Notes under the pieces: model-generated
The model's database searches: none
Told to the model about the DNA's origin: nothing
What the model saw: the letters and a program-made list of their open reading frames with translations, nothing else
Origin: SAR86 cluster bacterium SAR86A
GTDB lineage: Bacteria; Pseudomonadota; Gammaproteobacteria; Magnimaribacterales; D2472
Assembly: GCA_000252525.1 (NCBI GenBank)
Contig: JH611157.1
Span: 348,638-412,637 of the forward strand
Length of the DNA: 64,000 bases
Reading direction: 5' to 3'
Part shown: positions 1 to 10,600 of the stretch, one piece after another
Numbering within the stretch: the stretch's first letter is position 1
Layout of the letters: every line of letters starts with the position of its first letter
Translations under genes and position numbers: made by a program

Positions 1-995
1 AGTTTTAACTGCAAAATCCATATGTCTTTAATATAAGTATGAAATTTTCTAGGAATTGCAGTGATATTTTGTTGATTTTTAAGCACCTGATCCATTGACC
101 TAAAAAATTTTCTCAAATTAATTTCATCGTTTTTAGAAGCTCTTTTGATAAGCTCTGGCCACAACATTGCAGCAATCAAAAAACCAGGTGTTATAGACTT
201 ATTTTCTCCAAACCTTTTATCTGTATTTCTTAGTGCTTCTTTGATTAATTCGCTTGAGAAAATGGTATCGTTTGGATTGGTCAATATTAGATATTGATTA
301 AGGCCATATGATTCAAGTTTTTTAAAATTTTTTTCAGCGATACCATTTAAAAAAATTTTACAAAATTCGTCAAAGAGACGTGCGTTTGATATGTGAGATA
401 AAAGATGACCTTGTTTGTATATTGCATCTTTTATTTTACTATCAATCTTAAACTGTAACTTATTACTAAATCTTATTGCTCTTAAACTTCGAACCGGATC
501 TTCAGAGAACCTTTTTATTGGATCCCCTATAGAAACAATTTTTTTATCTCTTATATGTTTAATTCCAGAATTATGATCTTCAATTTTTTTTGAAACTGGA
601 CAATAGTAGAGAGCATTGACGGTAAAATCCCTTCTAAAAGTATCTTGTTCAAGAGTACCCCAAATGTTATCCCTGAGAATCTTACCAGTTCGATCAGTTA
701 CTAAGTTACCATCATTTTCTTTATTCTCTCCTGATCTAAAAGTTGCAACTTCGATTAATTCTGATCTGTTAAAAACATGAACTAATTTGAATCTTCTTCC
801 AATAATTCTCGACGCTTTAAATATTTTCCTTATTTGTTCTGGGGTAGCATTTGTTGCTATATCAAAATCTTTAGGAATAATTTTACACAACAGGTCCCTG
901 ACACAACCACCAACTAAATAGGCTTGGAAGCCATTATCTTGAAGATCTTTTACGATTGATAAAGCAAAGTTGTTTATTTTTTTATTGTCTATCAA
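1..995 (-). CDS. pcnB: Poly(A) polymerase I, N-terminal 331 codons; the 3' end of the gene lies beyond the window edge
   Basis: Absent from the ORF track because it runs off the edge and starts at TTG 995-993, after an in-frame TAA. My hand translation of the minus strand reads LIDNKKINNFALSIVKDLQDNGFQAYLVGGCVRDLL..DFDIATNATPEQIRKIF..VATFR..LRDNIWGTLEQDTFRRDFTVNALYY..EDPVRSLRAIRFSNKL..IPRKFHTYIKDIWILQLK. This is colinear with E. coli PcnB as I recall it. The gene sits directly downstream of dksA. Confidence 0.85.
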   Translation of the reverse strand, partial: MIDNKKINNFALSIVKDLQDNGFQAYLVGGCVRDLLCKIIPKDFDIATNATPEQIRKIFKASRIIGRRFKLVHVFNRSELIEVATFRSGENKENDGNLVTDRTGKILRDNIWGTLEQDTFRRDFTVNALYYCPVSKKIEDHNSGIKHIRDKKIVSIGDPIKRFSEDPVRSLRAIRFSNKLQFKIDSKIKDAIYKQGHLLSHISNARLFDEFCKIFLNGIAEKNFKKLESYGLNQYLILTNPNDTIFSSELIKEALRNTDKRFGENKSITPGFLIAAMLWPELIKRASKNDEINLRKFFRSMDQVLKNQQNITAIPRKFHTYIKDIWILQLK

Positions 996-1019
996 ATTAT
1001 TATTTGATTGAAAGAGTTA

Positions 1020-1574
1020 TCAACCACTAAGCTGCTTCTCTTTAATCTCATCTAATGTTTTGCAATGAATACAATGCGTTGCGGTTGGTCTAGCCTCTAA
1101 CCTTTTAATACCAATCTCATCTCCGCAAGATTCGCACCAACCGTATTCATCTTGTTTAATTTGTTCAATAGAAATTGCTATTTTATTTATTAATTTTCTC
1201 TCTCTGTCCCTTGTTCTTAGTTCAAATGCAAATTCTTCTTCTTGAGACGCTCTGTCAATTGGATCTGCGTAAGTCTCACCCTTAGTTTTTAGATGATCAA
1301 AAGTTTTCTGCATTTCTTCCTTTAAATGCTCTTTCCAAAGAAGAAGTACTGCAACAAAGTGTTTTTTCATTGCTGCACTCATATATTTTTCATTTTTCTT
1401 TGGTTTATATGGAGCAATTTTAGATTTATTGTTAGCTATTTTAGCCACAACTTTATTTTGTTTAGTTTTTTTAGCTACAGGCTTTTTTTTGACAACTTTT
1501 TTAGCAGGTGCTTTCTTTACTGATTTTTTAACAGTAGTCTTCGTATTTTTTTTAGTTGCTTTTTTTGCGGGCAT
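1020..1574 (-). CDS. dksA: RNA polymerase-binding transcription factor DksA with a Lys-rich N-terminal extension
   Basis: The C-terminal ~130 aa are colinear with E. coli DksA: PYKPKKNEKYM, DPIDRASQEEEFAFELRTRDRERKLI, the C4 zinc finger CESCGDEIG..THCIHC, and the ending EIKEKQLSG. The first 52 aa form an AKK-type basic tail. Confidence 0.9.
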   Translation of the reverse strand: MPAKKATKKNTKTTVKKSVKKAPAKKVVKKKPVAKKTKQNKVVAKIANNKSKIAPYKPKKNEKYMSAAMKKHFVAVLLLWKEHLKEEMQKTFDHLKTKGETYADPIDRASQEEEFAFELRTRDRERKLINKIAISIEQIKQDEYGWCESCGDEIGIKRLEARPTATHCIHCKTLDEIKEKQLSG

Positions 1575-1626
1575 GTTTATATAAAATTTTTAGGGTGGAA
1601 AAAATATCAGATAGTTAACAAATATG

Positions 1627-2628
1627 CTAGCTTTTTTTTAATTTATTTATAACTTCTGTATATCCCTCTGGAGTTAATCTTGGGCCAAATGTCTCTACAA
1701 TTTTTGATGATGCATAGTTGCTAAACTCTGCACAAGTTTCAATATCATAGCCATTCAAATATGCATGCATAAAAGATCCGGCATACATATCTCCAGCACC
1801 ATTTGTATCAACAGGATCTATTTCAACAGCTGGAGAAAATATTTTTTTACCATTACTTATAACCACACTGCCTTCAGAACCTTTTGTAATAGCTGTCATG
1901 TATGGCTTTGATTTAAAGTACTCAATAGCTTGATCAAGATCATTTGTTCCTGCAAATGCTACAGCTTCATCATCATTACAAAATATCATGTCAATTCCAT
2001 AGGATTCAATTTCTAAAAATTTATCCTTAAAACCATTAACAATTCCAGCATCAGAAAGAGAAACAGCTTTGAGCGTATCCTCATTATTAAGGTTTTTTAA
2101 AACAGAAGTAACGGCATTAAAATTTTCATCGCTTGTAACCATATATCCTTCTATGTAAAAGATTTTAGAATTCTCAACTGCATCATAGTCAATATCTTTA
2201 GAGCCAAGAAAAGCACTTATTCCAAGCATGCTGCTCATTGTTCTTTTTGCGTCAGGAGTAACAAATATTAAACATTTTCCAGTTGGCAAGTCCGAATTTT
2301 CTTTACTAACTCCAATATGTTCTACATTTGCTTTTTTAAGGCTTTCAAGATATTTTTTTCCATCCTCATCATCTGCAACTCTGCACACGTGATGACATTT
2401 AGAACCATAGTATGCAGCTGCGACTAACGAATTTGTTGCAGAACCTCCACAATCTGACACAGATTCAGCTCCTATTTCCTCAAGTTTTTCAATAATAGGT
2501 GCATGTTCTGCTGGAGATGCAAGCGTCATAGAATCTGCTTCAAGACCAACTTGATCTAAGAAATCATGACTAACCTTAAATTGTGTATCCACCAAAGCAT
2601 TACCAATTGCACTAATGTCATATTTCAT
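1627..2628 (-). CDS. PfkB-family carbohydrate/nucleoside kinase (adenosine kinase-like)
   Basis: PfkB signatures are present: GNALVD near the N-terminus, GGSATN, and the C-terminal DTNGAGDMYAGSF motif. Length is 333 aa. The substrate cannot be determined from the sequence alone. Confidence 0.7.
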   Translation of the reverse strand: MKYDISAIGNALVDTQFKVSHDFLDQVGLEADSMTLASPAEHAPIIEKLEEIGAESVSDCGGSATNSLVAAAYYGSKCHHVCRVADDEDGKKYLESLKKANVEHIGVSKENSDLPTGKCLIFVTPDAKRTMSSMLGISAFLGSKDIDYDAVENSKIFYIEGYMVTSDENFNAVTSVLKNLNNEDTLKAVSLSDAGIVNGFKDKFLEIESYGIDMIFCNDDEAVAFAGTNDLDQAIEYFKSKPYMTAITKGSEGSVVISNGKKIFSPAVEIDPVDTNGAGDMYAGSFMHAYLNGYDIETCAEFSNYASSKIVETFGPRLTPEGYTEVINKLKKS

Positions 2629-2630
2629 TT

Positions 2631-3920
2631 TTAAATTTCCTCATTAAGAATATTTTTTACAATCTTTATTGTATTACTTATTTCTTTTTTAGTATGTTTT
2701 GTTGATATAAAACCAGCTTCAAACTTGGATGGTGCAAAGTAAACCCCATTTCTTATTGAAGCATTTAAGAATTTTTTAAAATGCTCATCACTTGAATTGA
2801 CAACATCATTGAAATTTTTTGGTAGTTTTTTTGAAAAAAAGAAACCAAACATTCCACCAATTTGATTTGATGAAAACGGAATTTTTTTGCGCTCAAATTC
2901 TCTATGCATTTCTGTAAGAAGTTTTTTTGCATTTGCTTCTAGAGATTTATATGGGTTTTCTTTTGCAAGAAGCTTTATTAGTGCGTAACCAGCCGCCATT
3001 GCAAGTGGGTTGCCTGAAAGAGTTCCTGCTTGATACACAGGACCATTTGGTGCCAAATAATCCATAATTTCTTTTTTCCCACCAAATGCTCCAACTGGTA
3101 ATCCTCCTCCGATCACTTTCCCTAATGTTGTGATATCTGGTTTGATTTTATAGATTTCTTGAGCACCACCAAGCGAAACTCTGAATCCTGTCATTACCTC
3201 ATCAAAAATAAGTATTGAATTATTTTCTTTAGTTTTTTTTCTCAAAAGATTTAAAAAGGATTTAGTTCCAGGAATAAAACCCATGTTTCCAGCAATAGGC
3301 TCAATTATCACCGCCGCAAGATCATTTTTTACATTTTCAAAAGTCTCAAGAAATGCATCTTTGTTATTAAATTCACAACTTATTGTTTGTTTAGCCAACT
3401 GTTTAGGTATCCCAGGTGAATCTGGAAGTCCAAATGTAGAGACTCCTGATCCAGCTTTTATTAAAAGAGAGTCAACATGCCCATGATAACAACCATCAAA
3501 TTTAATAATTTTATTTCTTTTGGTAAAACCTCTCGCTAATCTTATTGCACTCATGGTTGCTTCTGTACCCGAATTCACCATTCTTATCTTTTCGATAGAC
3601 GGAACACAATCTTTGATTATTTCAGCCGTTTTTGATTCAAGGTTTGTTGGAGCCCCGTAACTTGTCCCAAGTTGAAGTTGTTTTGAAATAGCACGAATTA
3701 TATTTGGATTTGAATGACCCAATATCATTGGACCCCAGGAACCAATGTAATCTATATATTTATTGTCATCAGCATCAAAAACATATGGACCTTTTGCCTT
3801 ACTGAAAAATATTGGATTTCCATCAATATTCTTAAAAGCTCTAACCGGAGAATTCACACCACCAGGCATATGTAATTTTGCTTCTTCAAAGAGTTTAAGA
3901 GATTTTTTTATTTTGTACAT
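2631..3920 (-). CDS. hemL: Glutamate-1-semialdehyde 2,1-aminomutase
   Basis: Motifs MPGGVNSPVRAF, NSGTEATM, FDEVMTGFR and TLGKVIGGGLP (PLP lysine) are present. I moved the start from the track ATG at 3959 to the ATG at 3920 (MYKIKKSLKLFEE), which lies 2 nt after the hemG stop. The 3921-3959 extension would overlap hemG coding sequence. Confidence 0.92.
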   Translation of the reverse strand: MYKIKKSLKLFEEAKLHMPGGVNSPVRAFKNIDGNPIFFSKAKGPYVFDADDNKYIDYIGSWGPMILGHSNPNIIRAISKQLQLGTSYGAPTNLESKTAEIIKDCVPSIEKIRMVNSGTEATMSAIRLARGFTKRNKIIKFDGCYHGHVDSLLIKAGSGVSTFGLPDSPGIPKQLAKQTISCEFNNKDAFLETFENVKNDLAAVIIEPIAGNMGFIPGTKSFLNLLRKKTKENNSILIFDEVMTGFRVSLGGAQEIYKIKPDITTLGKVIGGGLPVGAFGGKKEIMDYLAPNGPVYQAGTLSGNPLAMAAGYALIKLLAKENPYKSLEANAKKLLTEMHREFERKKIPFSSNQIGGMFGFFFSKKLPKNFNDVVNSSDEHFKKFLNASIRNGVYFAPSKFEAGFISTKHTKKEISNTIKIVKNILNEEI

Positions 3921-3922
3921 TT

Positions 3923-4426
3923 TTAAATATTTCTTGCAAATTCTATGACCATGTCCCAATCAGTAAATTCATATGTTTTTGAGGTATCAGTTGGGCCTTT
4001 AGTGATCCTCATGATAAATTTAATTGCGTATTTATCAAGCAATTTATACTTTGGGTAATCAATTTTTCCTGCAAAAACACCTATTTTTTTTGGAATCCAA
4101 TTTGTATTTTTAAGAAACTTGGATACATATGGATTTGTTTCTGGTTTATTTTTTTCTTTTTTCCTTGCAACCACATTTACAGAAAAAAAAGCATTTTTTT
4201 TCGTATCAATCGTATTTTTATTTTTGTCAATAAAATCAAACAAAGACTCTCTATATTTGCCATACCTAATACTGGCACCAATAATAATGCGATCATAGTC
4301 TTCAATCATAGGATTATCATCAACTGAGACAATATCTACTTGATGTTCCAATTGAGATGCTATTTTTTGACAAATCTCTTTAGTGTGCCCATCAACTGAG
4401 GAGTATACGATAATTGTTTTTTGCAT
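3923..4426 (-). CDS. hemG: Protoporphyrinogen IX dehydrogenase, menaquinone-dependent flavodoxin type
   Basis: Flavodoxin-like motifs IIVYSSVDGHTKEI, RIIIGASIRYGKY, FFSVNVVARK and YEFTDWD are present. The 167-aa protein is colinear with E. coli HemG as I recall it. Confidence 0.8.
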   Translation of the reverse strand: MQKTIIVYSSVDGHTKEICQKIASQLEHQVDIVSVDDNPMIEDYDRIIIGASIRYGKYRESLFDFIDKNKNTIDTKKNAFFSVNVVARKKEKNKPETNPYVSKFLKNTNWIPKKIGVFAGKIDYPKYKLLDKYAIKFIMRITKGPTDTSKTYEFTDWDMVIEFARNI

Positions 4427-4513
4427 TTTTTTATTAAGTTTTAGGTTGCTTGAAAAATTTTATTTTAAGCATATGTATATTTTATACTGTTATTAAAATT
4501 ATAATGTCCAGAT

Positions 4514-5008
4514 ATGAAAAAATATTTTTTAGCAATCTTTATATTTTTTAATGTAAATATAATTTCTGAAGTGAAAATTGAAGATTGCGCTTCAATAGAG
4601 TCTGATGCGAAAAGATTGGCTTGCTATGACTATCTGGTTACAGGAATGTCAAAGTCGATAGACGAAATTGATGTGACCACTTCTGGTGACAGTGAAGAAA
4701 GAATTTCTAGTTCTGCAGAAAAGAATTCAAATTTTGGATTATCTAGAAGGCAAATTAATGAGTCTAGGAATTCAAATTCAAGGAATGCTCTGAATGCATC
4801 AATTGAAGCTATTTCAAAAACTTTTGGTGGAAAAACACGTTTTAAGCTATCAAATAACCAACTTTGGGAAACACAATCGGTAGTTTCTTCTAAGCTTGGA
4901 AGTTTTAAGGAAAAAAGTGATATTAGAATTGAAGAAGCAAGTATGGGTGGTTTTTGGATGATAAACAAATCTTCAAAAGTCAGGATTAAAGTTAAGAGGA
5001 TTTCATAG
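4514..5008 (+). CDS. Hypothetical secreted/periplasmic protein
   Basis: It has a signal peptide (MKKYFLAIFIFFNVNIIS), a Cys25/Cys37 pair within the DAKRLACYDY motif, a Ser/Asn-rich linker and a beta-rich C-terminus. It ends 1 nt before erpA. The competing antisense 132-aa ORF is L/S/F-rich and looks like a mirror artefact. Confidence 0.5.
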   Translation: MKKYFLAIFIFFNVNIISEVKIEDCASIESDAKRLACYDYLVTGMSKSIDEIDVTTSGDSEERISSSAEKNSNFGLSRRQINESRNSNSRNALNASIEAISKTFGGKTRFKLSNNQLWETQSVVSSKLGSFKEKSDIRIEEASMGGFWMINKSSKVRIKVKRIS

Positions 5009-5009
5009 A

Positions 5010-5354
5010 ATGTCAGAAAATGTAACAAGATCTTTAGTCTTAACTGACAGCGCGATGACTAGGATATTGAGTGTTATGGACAATAATGAAGACGTTGGAT
5101 CAAAATTCAGGGTCTATGTAACTGGAGGAGGGTGCTCTGGATTTCAATACGGTTTCAAATTTGATTCAGAAACAGCTTTCGATGATGATGTTATAGAATT
5201 TGAAAATTTTTCAGTCTTACTAGATTCTATGTCTTATCCATATTTATATGGCTCGACTCTTGATTTTGTTGAGGACTTGTCTGGTTCAAAGTTTGTTATT
5301 AAAAATCCAAACGCTAAAACTACATGCGGATGTGGAGAATCTTTTACAATTTAG
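5010..5354 (+). CDS. erpA: Iron-sulfur cluster insertion protein (IscA/HesB family)
   Basis: The motif FRVYVTGGGCSGFQYGF and the C-terminal CGCGESF are present. Length is 114 aa. Confidence 0.85.
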   Translation: MSENVTRSLVLTDSAMTRILSVMDNNEDVGSKFRVYVTGGGCSGFQYGFKFDSETAFDDDVIEFENFSVLLDSMSYPYLYGSTLDFVEDLSGSKFVIKNPNAKTTCGCGESFTI

Positions 5355-6366
5355 GCTTAAAAATAATACCTTGATTTTTATATGCCAGATATGCAAAAGC
5401 AGCAGCTTCAACAAACTTTGATGAAATTTCATCATCAGTTGTTCTGACATTAGTATCAATTTTCGATTGAATTATCTTCATTAAGTAGATATTTTTTGTT
5501 CCACCGCCGTGAAAAATTACCTGATCAGGCGAATCGCAGTATTTATAAAATTCTTCAATTTTCAATGCAGTAAATTCAGTAACAGTTCGCATGATATTCT
5601 CAGGTGCAACATCTGAAATAGAATCATTCACCAAATTATAGTAATCGTTTTTATCATCTGCCCTTGGATATGACATATTTTTTACACTTTCATTTAACTT
5701 AATTAACAAGTCTTCATTAATTGCACCCTGGTTAGCAATTTCACCTCGGTTATCAAATGGGAAACCATAATATTTAGAAGCATAGAAATCTATTAGACAG
5801 TTCCCTGGGCCAACATCAGATGCTAGAGATATTTCCTCACCTTTTAAATAGGTGCCATTGGCTATACCACCAATATTAAAGATAACTTTATTCGTATTAT
5901 TCTCTGCATATAAATACTTATGAAATGCAGGAATCAAAGGAGCCCCCATGCCACCTTGTTTAATATTAAAGTTTCTAAAATCAGAGCAAACATTAATGCT
6001 TGAGGCATTTGCAACTTCTTGCGCGTTACCAATTTGGTAGCTCCTTTTGTTTGTATGGAAAACAGTTTGACCTGATAGCGCTATAGAAGATATTTTCTTT
6101 TTCTCAATACCAGATTTATTTATAAGTTTTTCAACAAGCTCAATACTTTTCTCATCAAGAATTTTTTCTATCTGAAGAAGCTTGTTTGAATCACTTATAA
6201 CTTTATATCCAGATTTAATACACTCCTCATAAACTTTTTTATAATTTTTACCAAAATCTACAGATTCTGTTTCAATTAGCTTGAATTCATTTTCAAAACT
6301 CACAATGCATCCGTCGAGAGAGTCAGCACTCGTACCTGACATTATTCCAATAAAAAAATTATGCAT
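5344..6366 (-). CDS. anmK: Anhydro-N-acetylmuramic acid kinase
   Basis: The N-terminal GIMSGTSADSLDG motif is present, followed by NIGGIANG and the FHGGGTKN phosphate motifs. The gene is paired with an M23 peptidase and lies opposite erpA, as in pseudomonads. Confidence 0.85.
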   Translation of the reverse strand: MHNFFIGIMSGTSADSLDGCIVSFENEFKLIETESVDFGKNYKKVYEECIKSGYKVISDSNKLLQIEKILDEKSIELVEKLINKSGIEKKKISSIALSGQTVFHTNKRSYQIGNAQEVANASSINVCSDFRNFNIKQGGMGAPLIPAFHKYLYAENNTNKVIFNIGGIANGTYLKGEEISLASDVGPGNCLIDFYASKYYGFPFDNRGEIANQGAINEDLLIKLNESVKNMSYPRADDKNDYYNLVNDSISDVAPENIMRTVTEFTALKIEEFYKYCDSPDQVIFHGGGTKNIYLMKIIQSKIDTNVRTTDDEISSKFVEAAAFAYLAYKNQGIIFKPKL

Positions 6367-7603
6367 TATCTGTTTGATTATACTCTGCTAGTTTTTGAAG
6401 GCTTATTCCTAGTTCAGAAAGAAACTTATCAAGTTCTTCTTTGCTTATTGGTTGAGCAGATGGTAATTGAACTTTTACAGGATCTGTTCTTTTAGTGCCT
6501 TGCCAAAACTCAAAATGAAGATGAGTACCTGTAGCCCGTCCAGAATCACCAACATAAGCAATTATTTCTCCTTGCTTTACTTTTGCACCAACTTTAGTTT
6601 TTTTATTAAATTTTTCAAGATGAGCATATAAGGTTTTAATATTTCCACCATGTTTGATTTCGACTGTTCTCCCATAACCGCTTTTGTTTCCTACAAATGA
6701 AACTACACCATCACCAGATGCTTTTACTGGAGTATTTCTTTTTGCAGCATAGTCAACACCATTATGAGCTTTTATTTTATGAAGAATGGGATGCATTCTA
6801 TTGGGATTAAAATGAGAACTTATATATGCAAAGTCTAATGGCGCCCTCAAGAAAGCCTTTTTAACATTTTCACCTTTTTCATTAAAATACTGTTTCCCCT
6901 GATATTTATCATAAAACCTCTGTGCGACGTATCTTTCATTATTGTTTATAAATTCTGCAAAGATAATGTCCCCTGAAGAAATTTTTTCTCCTCCAGAATA
7001 CTCGGTTTCATAAATTACAGTGAACTTATCATCTTTTCTAACATCAAAAATAAAGTCTACATCCCATCCAAAAATATAAGCAAAATCCATAATGACACTG
7101 TCTGGAATTCCCTCACCAAGAGCATCTTTGTAAAAAGAGGTTGATATTGATCCTGATCCATATGATTGAATAAGTTGAATTTCTTTCTTTAATTTTGCAA
7201 TAGAAATTTTTTCCTCAATTTGGATAACGATTGAATTCGTTTTATCTTTTTTAATTTCGATACTGCTTAGCTCATCACCTAAGTAATTGAATTCCATAAT
7301 GTCATCGGGGTTGATTGAAGCAAGAACATTATTTTTGTCTGCGTTAAAAATTTTATAAGCTGTGTTTAAAGGAACTTTTTTCTCTTCAAAAATTACCGAT
7401 AGGCTTTCACCTTTTCTGACTTGATGCATTAATTTATTTTTTATTATTGGCAAAGGATCATCAAAATTTTTTGTTATTTTGATTTCCTCTTCAGGCAAAG
7501 GTTTGTTGAGAACTGTGTCTGTGTACAAAAGCAAAATAAAAAAAATTGAAATAAAAAAAGCAGATAGAACAAGTTTTGTTGGAACTTTTTTAAATCCAAT
7601 CAT
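6359..7603 (-). CDS. M23-family murein DD-endopeptidase (MepM/YebA-like), membrane anchored
   Basis: It has an N-terminal TM segment (LVLSAFFISIFFILLLY). The M23 zinc motifs HNGVDYAA and GDSGRATGTHLHFE are present. Confidence 0.8.
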   Translation of the reverse strand: MIGFKKVPTKLVLSAFFISIFFILLLYTDTVLNKPLPEEEIKITKNFDDPLPIIKNKLMHQVRKGESLSVIFEEKKVPLNTAYKIFNADKNNVLASINPDDIMEFNYLGDELSSIEIKKDKTNSIVIQIEEKISIAKLKKEIQLIQSYGSGSISTSFYKDALGEGIPDSVIMDFAYIFGWDVDFIFDVRKDDKFTVIYETEYSGGEKISSGDIIFAEFINNNERYVAQRFYDKYQGKQYFNEKGENVKKAFLRAPLDFAYISSHFNPNRMHPILHKIKAHNGVDYAAKRNTPVKASGDGVVSFVGNKSGYGRTVEIKHGGNIKTLYAHLEKFNKKTKVGAKVKQGEIIAYVGDSGRATGTHLHFEFWQGTKRTDPVKVQLPSAQPISKEELDKFLSELGISLQKLAEYNQTDNA

Positions 7604-10600
7604 AAATCTTCTTGTAAATTAAGTAGCTCAGTATTGCCTCCAAAAGCGACAGAATTTTTTGATATCACCTTTTCGTTAAGAAATTGTAATAGATAATTTG
7701 GTCCGCCTGCTTTAAACCCACTACCAGAAAGACCAATACCACCAAAGGGTTGAGATCCCACAACAGCTCCAACCATATCTCGATTTATATAAATATTTCC
7801 AACATTTGATTTCTCACCTATAAAGTCTGCTCTTGATTCAATTCTTGTGTGAATTCCCATAGTTAGGCCATAACCACTTTCATTTATTTGATTAATTACA
7901 CTATTCATATCATCAAACTTATATTTCATGACATGTAAAATTGGACCAAACTGCTCTTCTTGAATTGCAGAGATATTATCTATTTCAATAATAGTGGGCG
8001 ACATGTGAGTTTCTTTTAGTGAATTGTTACAGTTATGCACTTCCATTCCTTGATCTTTGCAACCTTTTATATAGTCATTTAGTTTTTGTAAAGCATGCTT
8101 ATTAATAATTGGGCCAATGTCAGTAGAAAAGTTATTAGGATCTCCAATTTCTTGGATCTCCATGTTACCTTTTATCATCTCGATTAACTCATCATAAATT
8201 TCTTCTTGAATACAAAGCACTCTTAACGCTGAACATCTTTGACCAGCACTATCAAAAGCTGATCTAACTACATCATCCGTAACCTGTTCAAGTAGGGCAC
8301 TTGAATCAACAATCATTGCATTTATTCCACCTGTTTCTGCAATCAAAGGAACTATTTCTTTATGATGTTGTATTAAATTTGTTTGTATCTTTTTTGCTGT
8401 CGGAAGTGATCCTGTGAAGGCAACACCATGTATAGTATTAACTTTCGTTAAGACGTCTCCATACATACCATCTCCAAGTATCAATTGAAGAGTTTCAATA
8501 GGAACACCGTTCTCATGAAATTTTTTAACAATTAGGTATCCAAGAATAGAAGTATTTTCAGATGGCTTTACTACAACATTATTTCCACAAGCTAATGCTG
8601 CAGATATTTGACCAATCAAAATAGCAACAGGAAAATTCCATGGACTGATACATAAATAATTTCCTTTCGGAGAATAAGATATTTTGTTAATTTCACCAGT
8701 AGGACCCTGAAGAGATTTTTTGCCATGAATTTCTATAATTTGCCTAGAGTAATATCTTAAAAAATCTATGGCTTCTCTAATTTCATCTATTGCATTTTGA
8801 ATTGTTTTGCCAGCTTCATTTAATAGATAAAAGATCAACTCACTTGGATCTTTTTCAATGTCATCACTAATTTTTATTAAAATTTGCGATCTTTCCTGAA
8901 CTGAATATTTACTCCATTTCTCGCTAGCAAAGTTTTCAAGTGCGCTTTTAACATTTGTCGGATCATCGAAGATCGCTGTACCAATTTCTTCATTGTTTGC
9001 GATTGAATAGACTTTTTGTCCAACTTTCTCTTTTTCATCACGATTCACATAAATTGATTCTGCATTAATTTTATTTTTTTTATGCGCAGATATACTTTTC
9101 TCTAAGTTTTCTAAATTTGAATTCTCTGAAAGATCAAATCCTGATGAGTTTTTTCTTTCTGTAAAAATATTCTTTGGAAGTGGTATATCTATTTTCTCTT
9201 TTTCAATTCTGATTGCAGGATTTTCTGCAAGCCAATTAGCATCTGTTTCAGGATCAAGCAATCTATTTATGAATGAACTATTGGCCCCATTTTCAAGCAG
9301 TCGTCTGACCAAATATGGTAGTAAGTCTTTGTAACTTCCAATTGGAGCATAGACAGAAGGTTTTTTTTCAAGATTAAGTACTTTTTCAGCGCTTTGATAT
9401 AAAAGTTCACCCATTCCATACAAACGTTGAAATTCATAGTCTTTTCCTTGACCAAGTTGATGAACAGATGAAATTGTATGAGCATTATGAGTCGCAAACT
9501 TAGCGTAAATTTTTTCGTTTTTTAAAATTTCTTTTGCACATAATAAAAATGAAATATCAGTAAGCGATTTTTTGGAATAGACAGGATAATCTTCATACCC
9601 AAAGACTTGAGCATGTTTAATTTCATAGTCCCAGTAAGCACCTTTGACTAGCCTCAAATGCATTTTTTCTCTTTTGTCTAAGATTTTGTTGATCCAATGA
9701 ATTACATTTATCGAACGCTTACCATATGCCTGAAGGGCAATTCCAAAACCTGTCCAATTTTTTATTACTTTATCTAAAGCTAATTTTTCAATTATATTAA
9801 GACTTAGTGTGAGTCTATCTTGCTCTTCTGCATCTATTGTTATTTCAACGTCTTTTGAATGAGCATAATGAACGAGTTCTATTAATCTAGGAATAAGCTC
9901 AGACTCAAGATCTTTAAATTTTCTCATCTCATACCTTGGATGGAGTGCTGAAATCTTGATTGAGACTCCGTTATTTAAATTTTTAATTAAATTTAATTTA
10001 CCTACTTCATCAATAGCATTCATATATGCATTAAAGTAATTATCAGCTTGTCGCATAGTTCTAGCTGCTTCACCGAGCATATCAAAGGAATATGATTCAT
10101 TTTCAAGATTAGATAATTTTTCAATGTCTCTAAAATCTTTGCCTATAACAAATTCTTGGCTAAGAATTTGCATTGCTGCTAAGACAGCATTTCTTATGGG
10201 CATTTCACCAGACTTTGATATAAGACCTGATAAAAAGTTGTATGGATCATCAGACCACTCTGAAGGCGTATTAACAACCTTGCCTGCTAACAACAGACCC
10301 CAAGTTGATGCATTAACAAATATACTATCAGCCTTATTAAGATGATCTATCCAACTTCCAGCAGAAAGTTTTTCAGAAATTATTAAATCTCGTGTTTTTT
10401 TATCTGGAATCCTTAGAACGGATTCAGCCAAGCACATTAAAGCAACACCCTCTTGATTGTCTAAGCCATACTCATTAAGAAAAGCATCCAACATTGTTCT
10501 ATCACTTTTATTTTTTCTGCAAAGCTGAATAATCTCAGAGGCATTATTGTTGATAGATTTTTCACCTAAGAATTTAGATTTATCCAACATCTCGGTTACT

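Noticed and set aside
3921-3959. N-terminal extensions in the ORF track. They affect hemL (3959), the TonB receptor (16550), fdh (TTG 20850), the CoA-transferase (25805), the aminotransferase (43979), hemB (55785) and the desaturase (13262).
   Set aside because: Each extension overlaps the upstream gene or the riboswitch and adds residues absent from homologs. An internal ATG that matches the family N-terminus, and usually abuts the preceding stop, was preferred.
4630-5028. A 132-aa minus-strand ORF covering most of the 4514-5008 gene.
   Set aside because: Its L/S/F-rich composition is typical of the antisense frame of a real gene. It has no signal or motif. The plus-strand ORF has a signal peptide, a Cys-pair motif and tight coupling to erpA.
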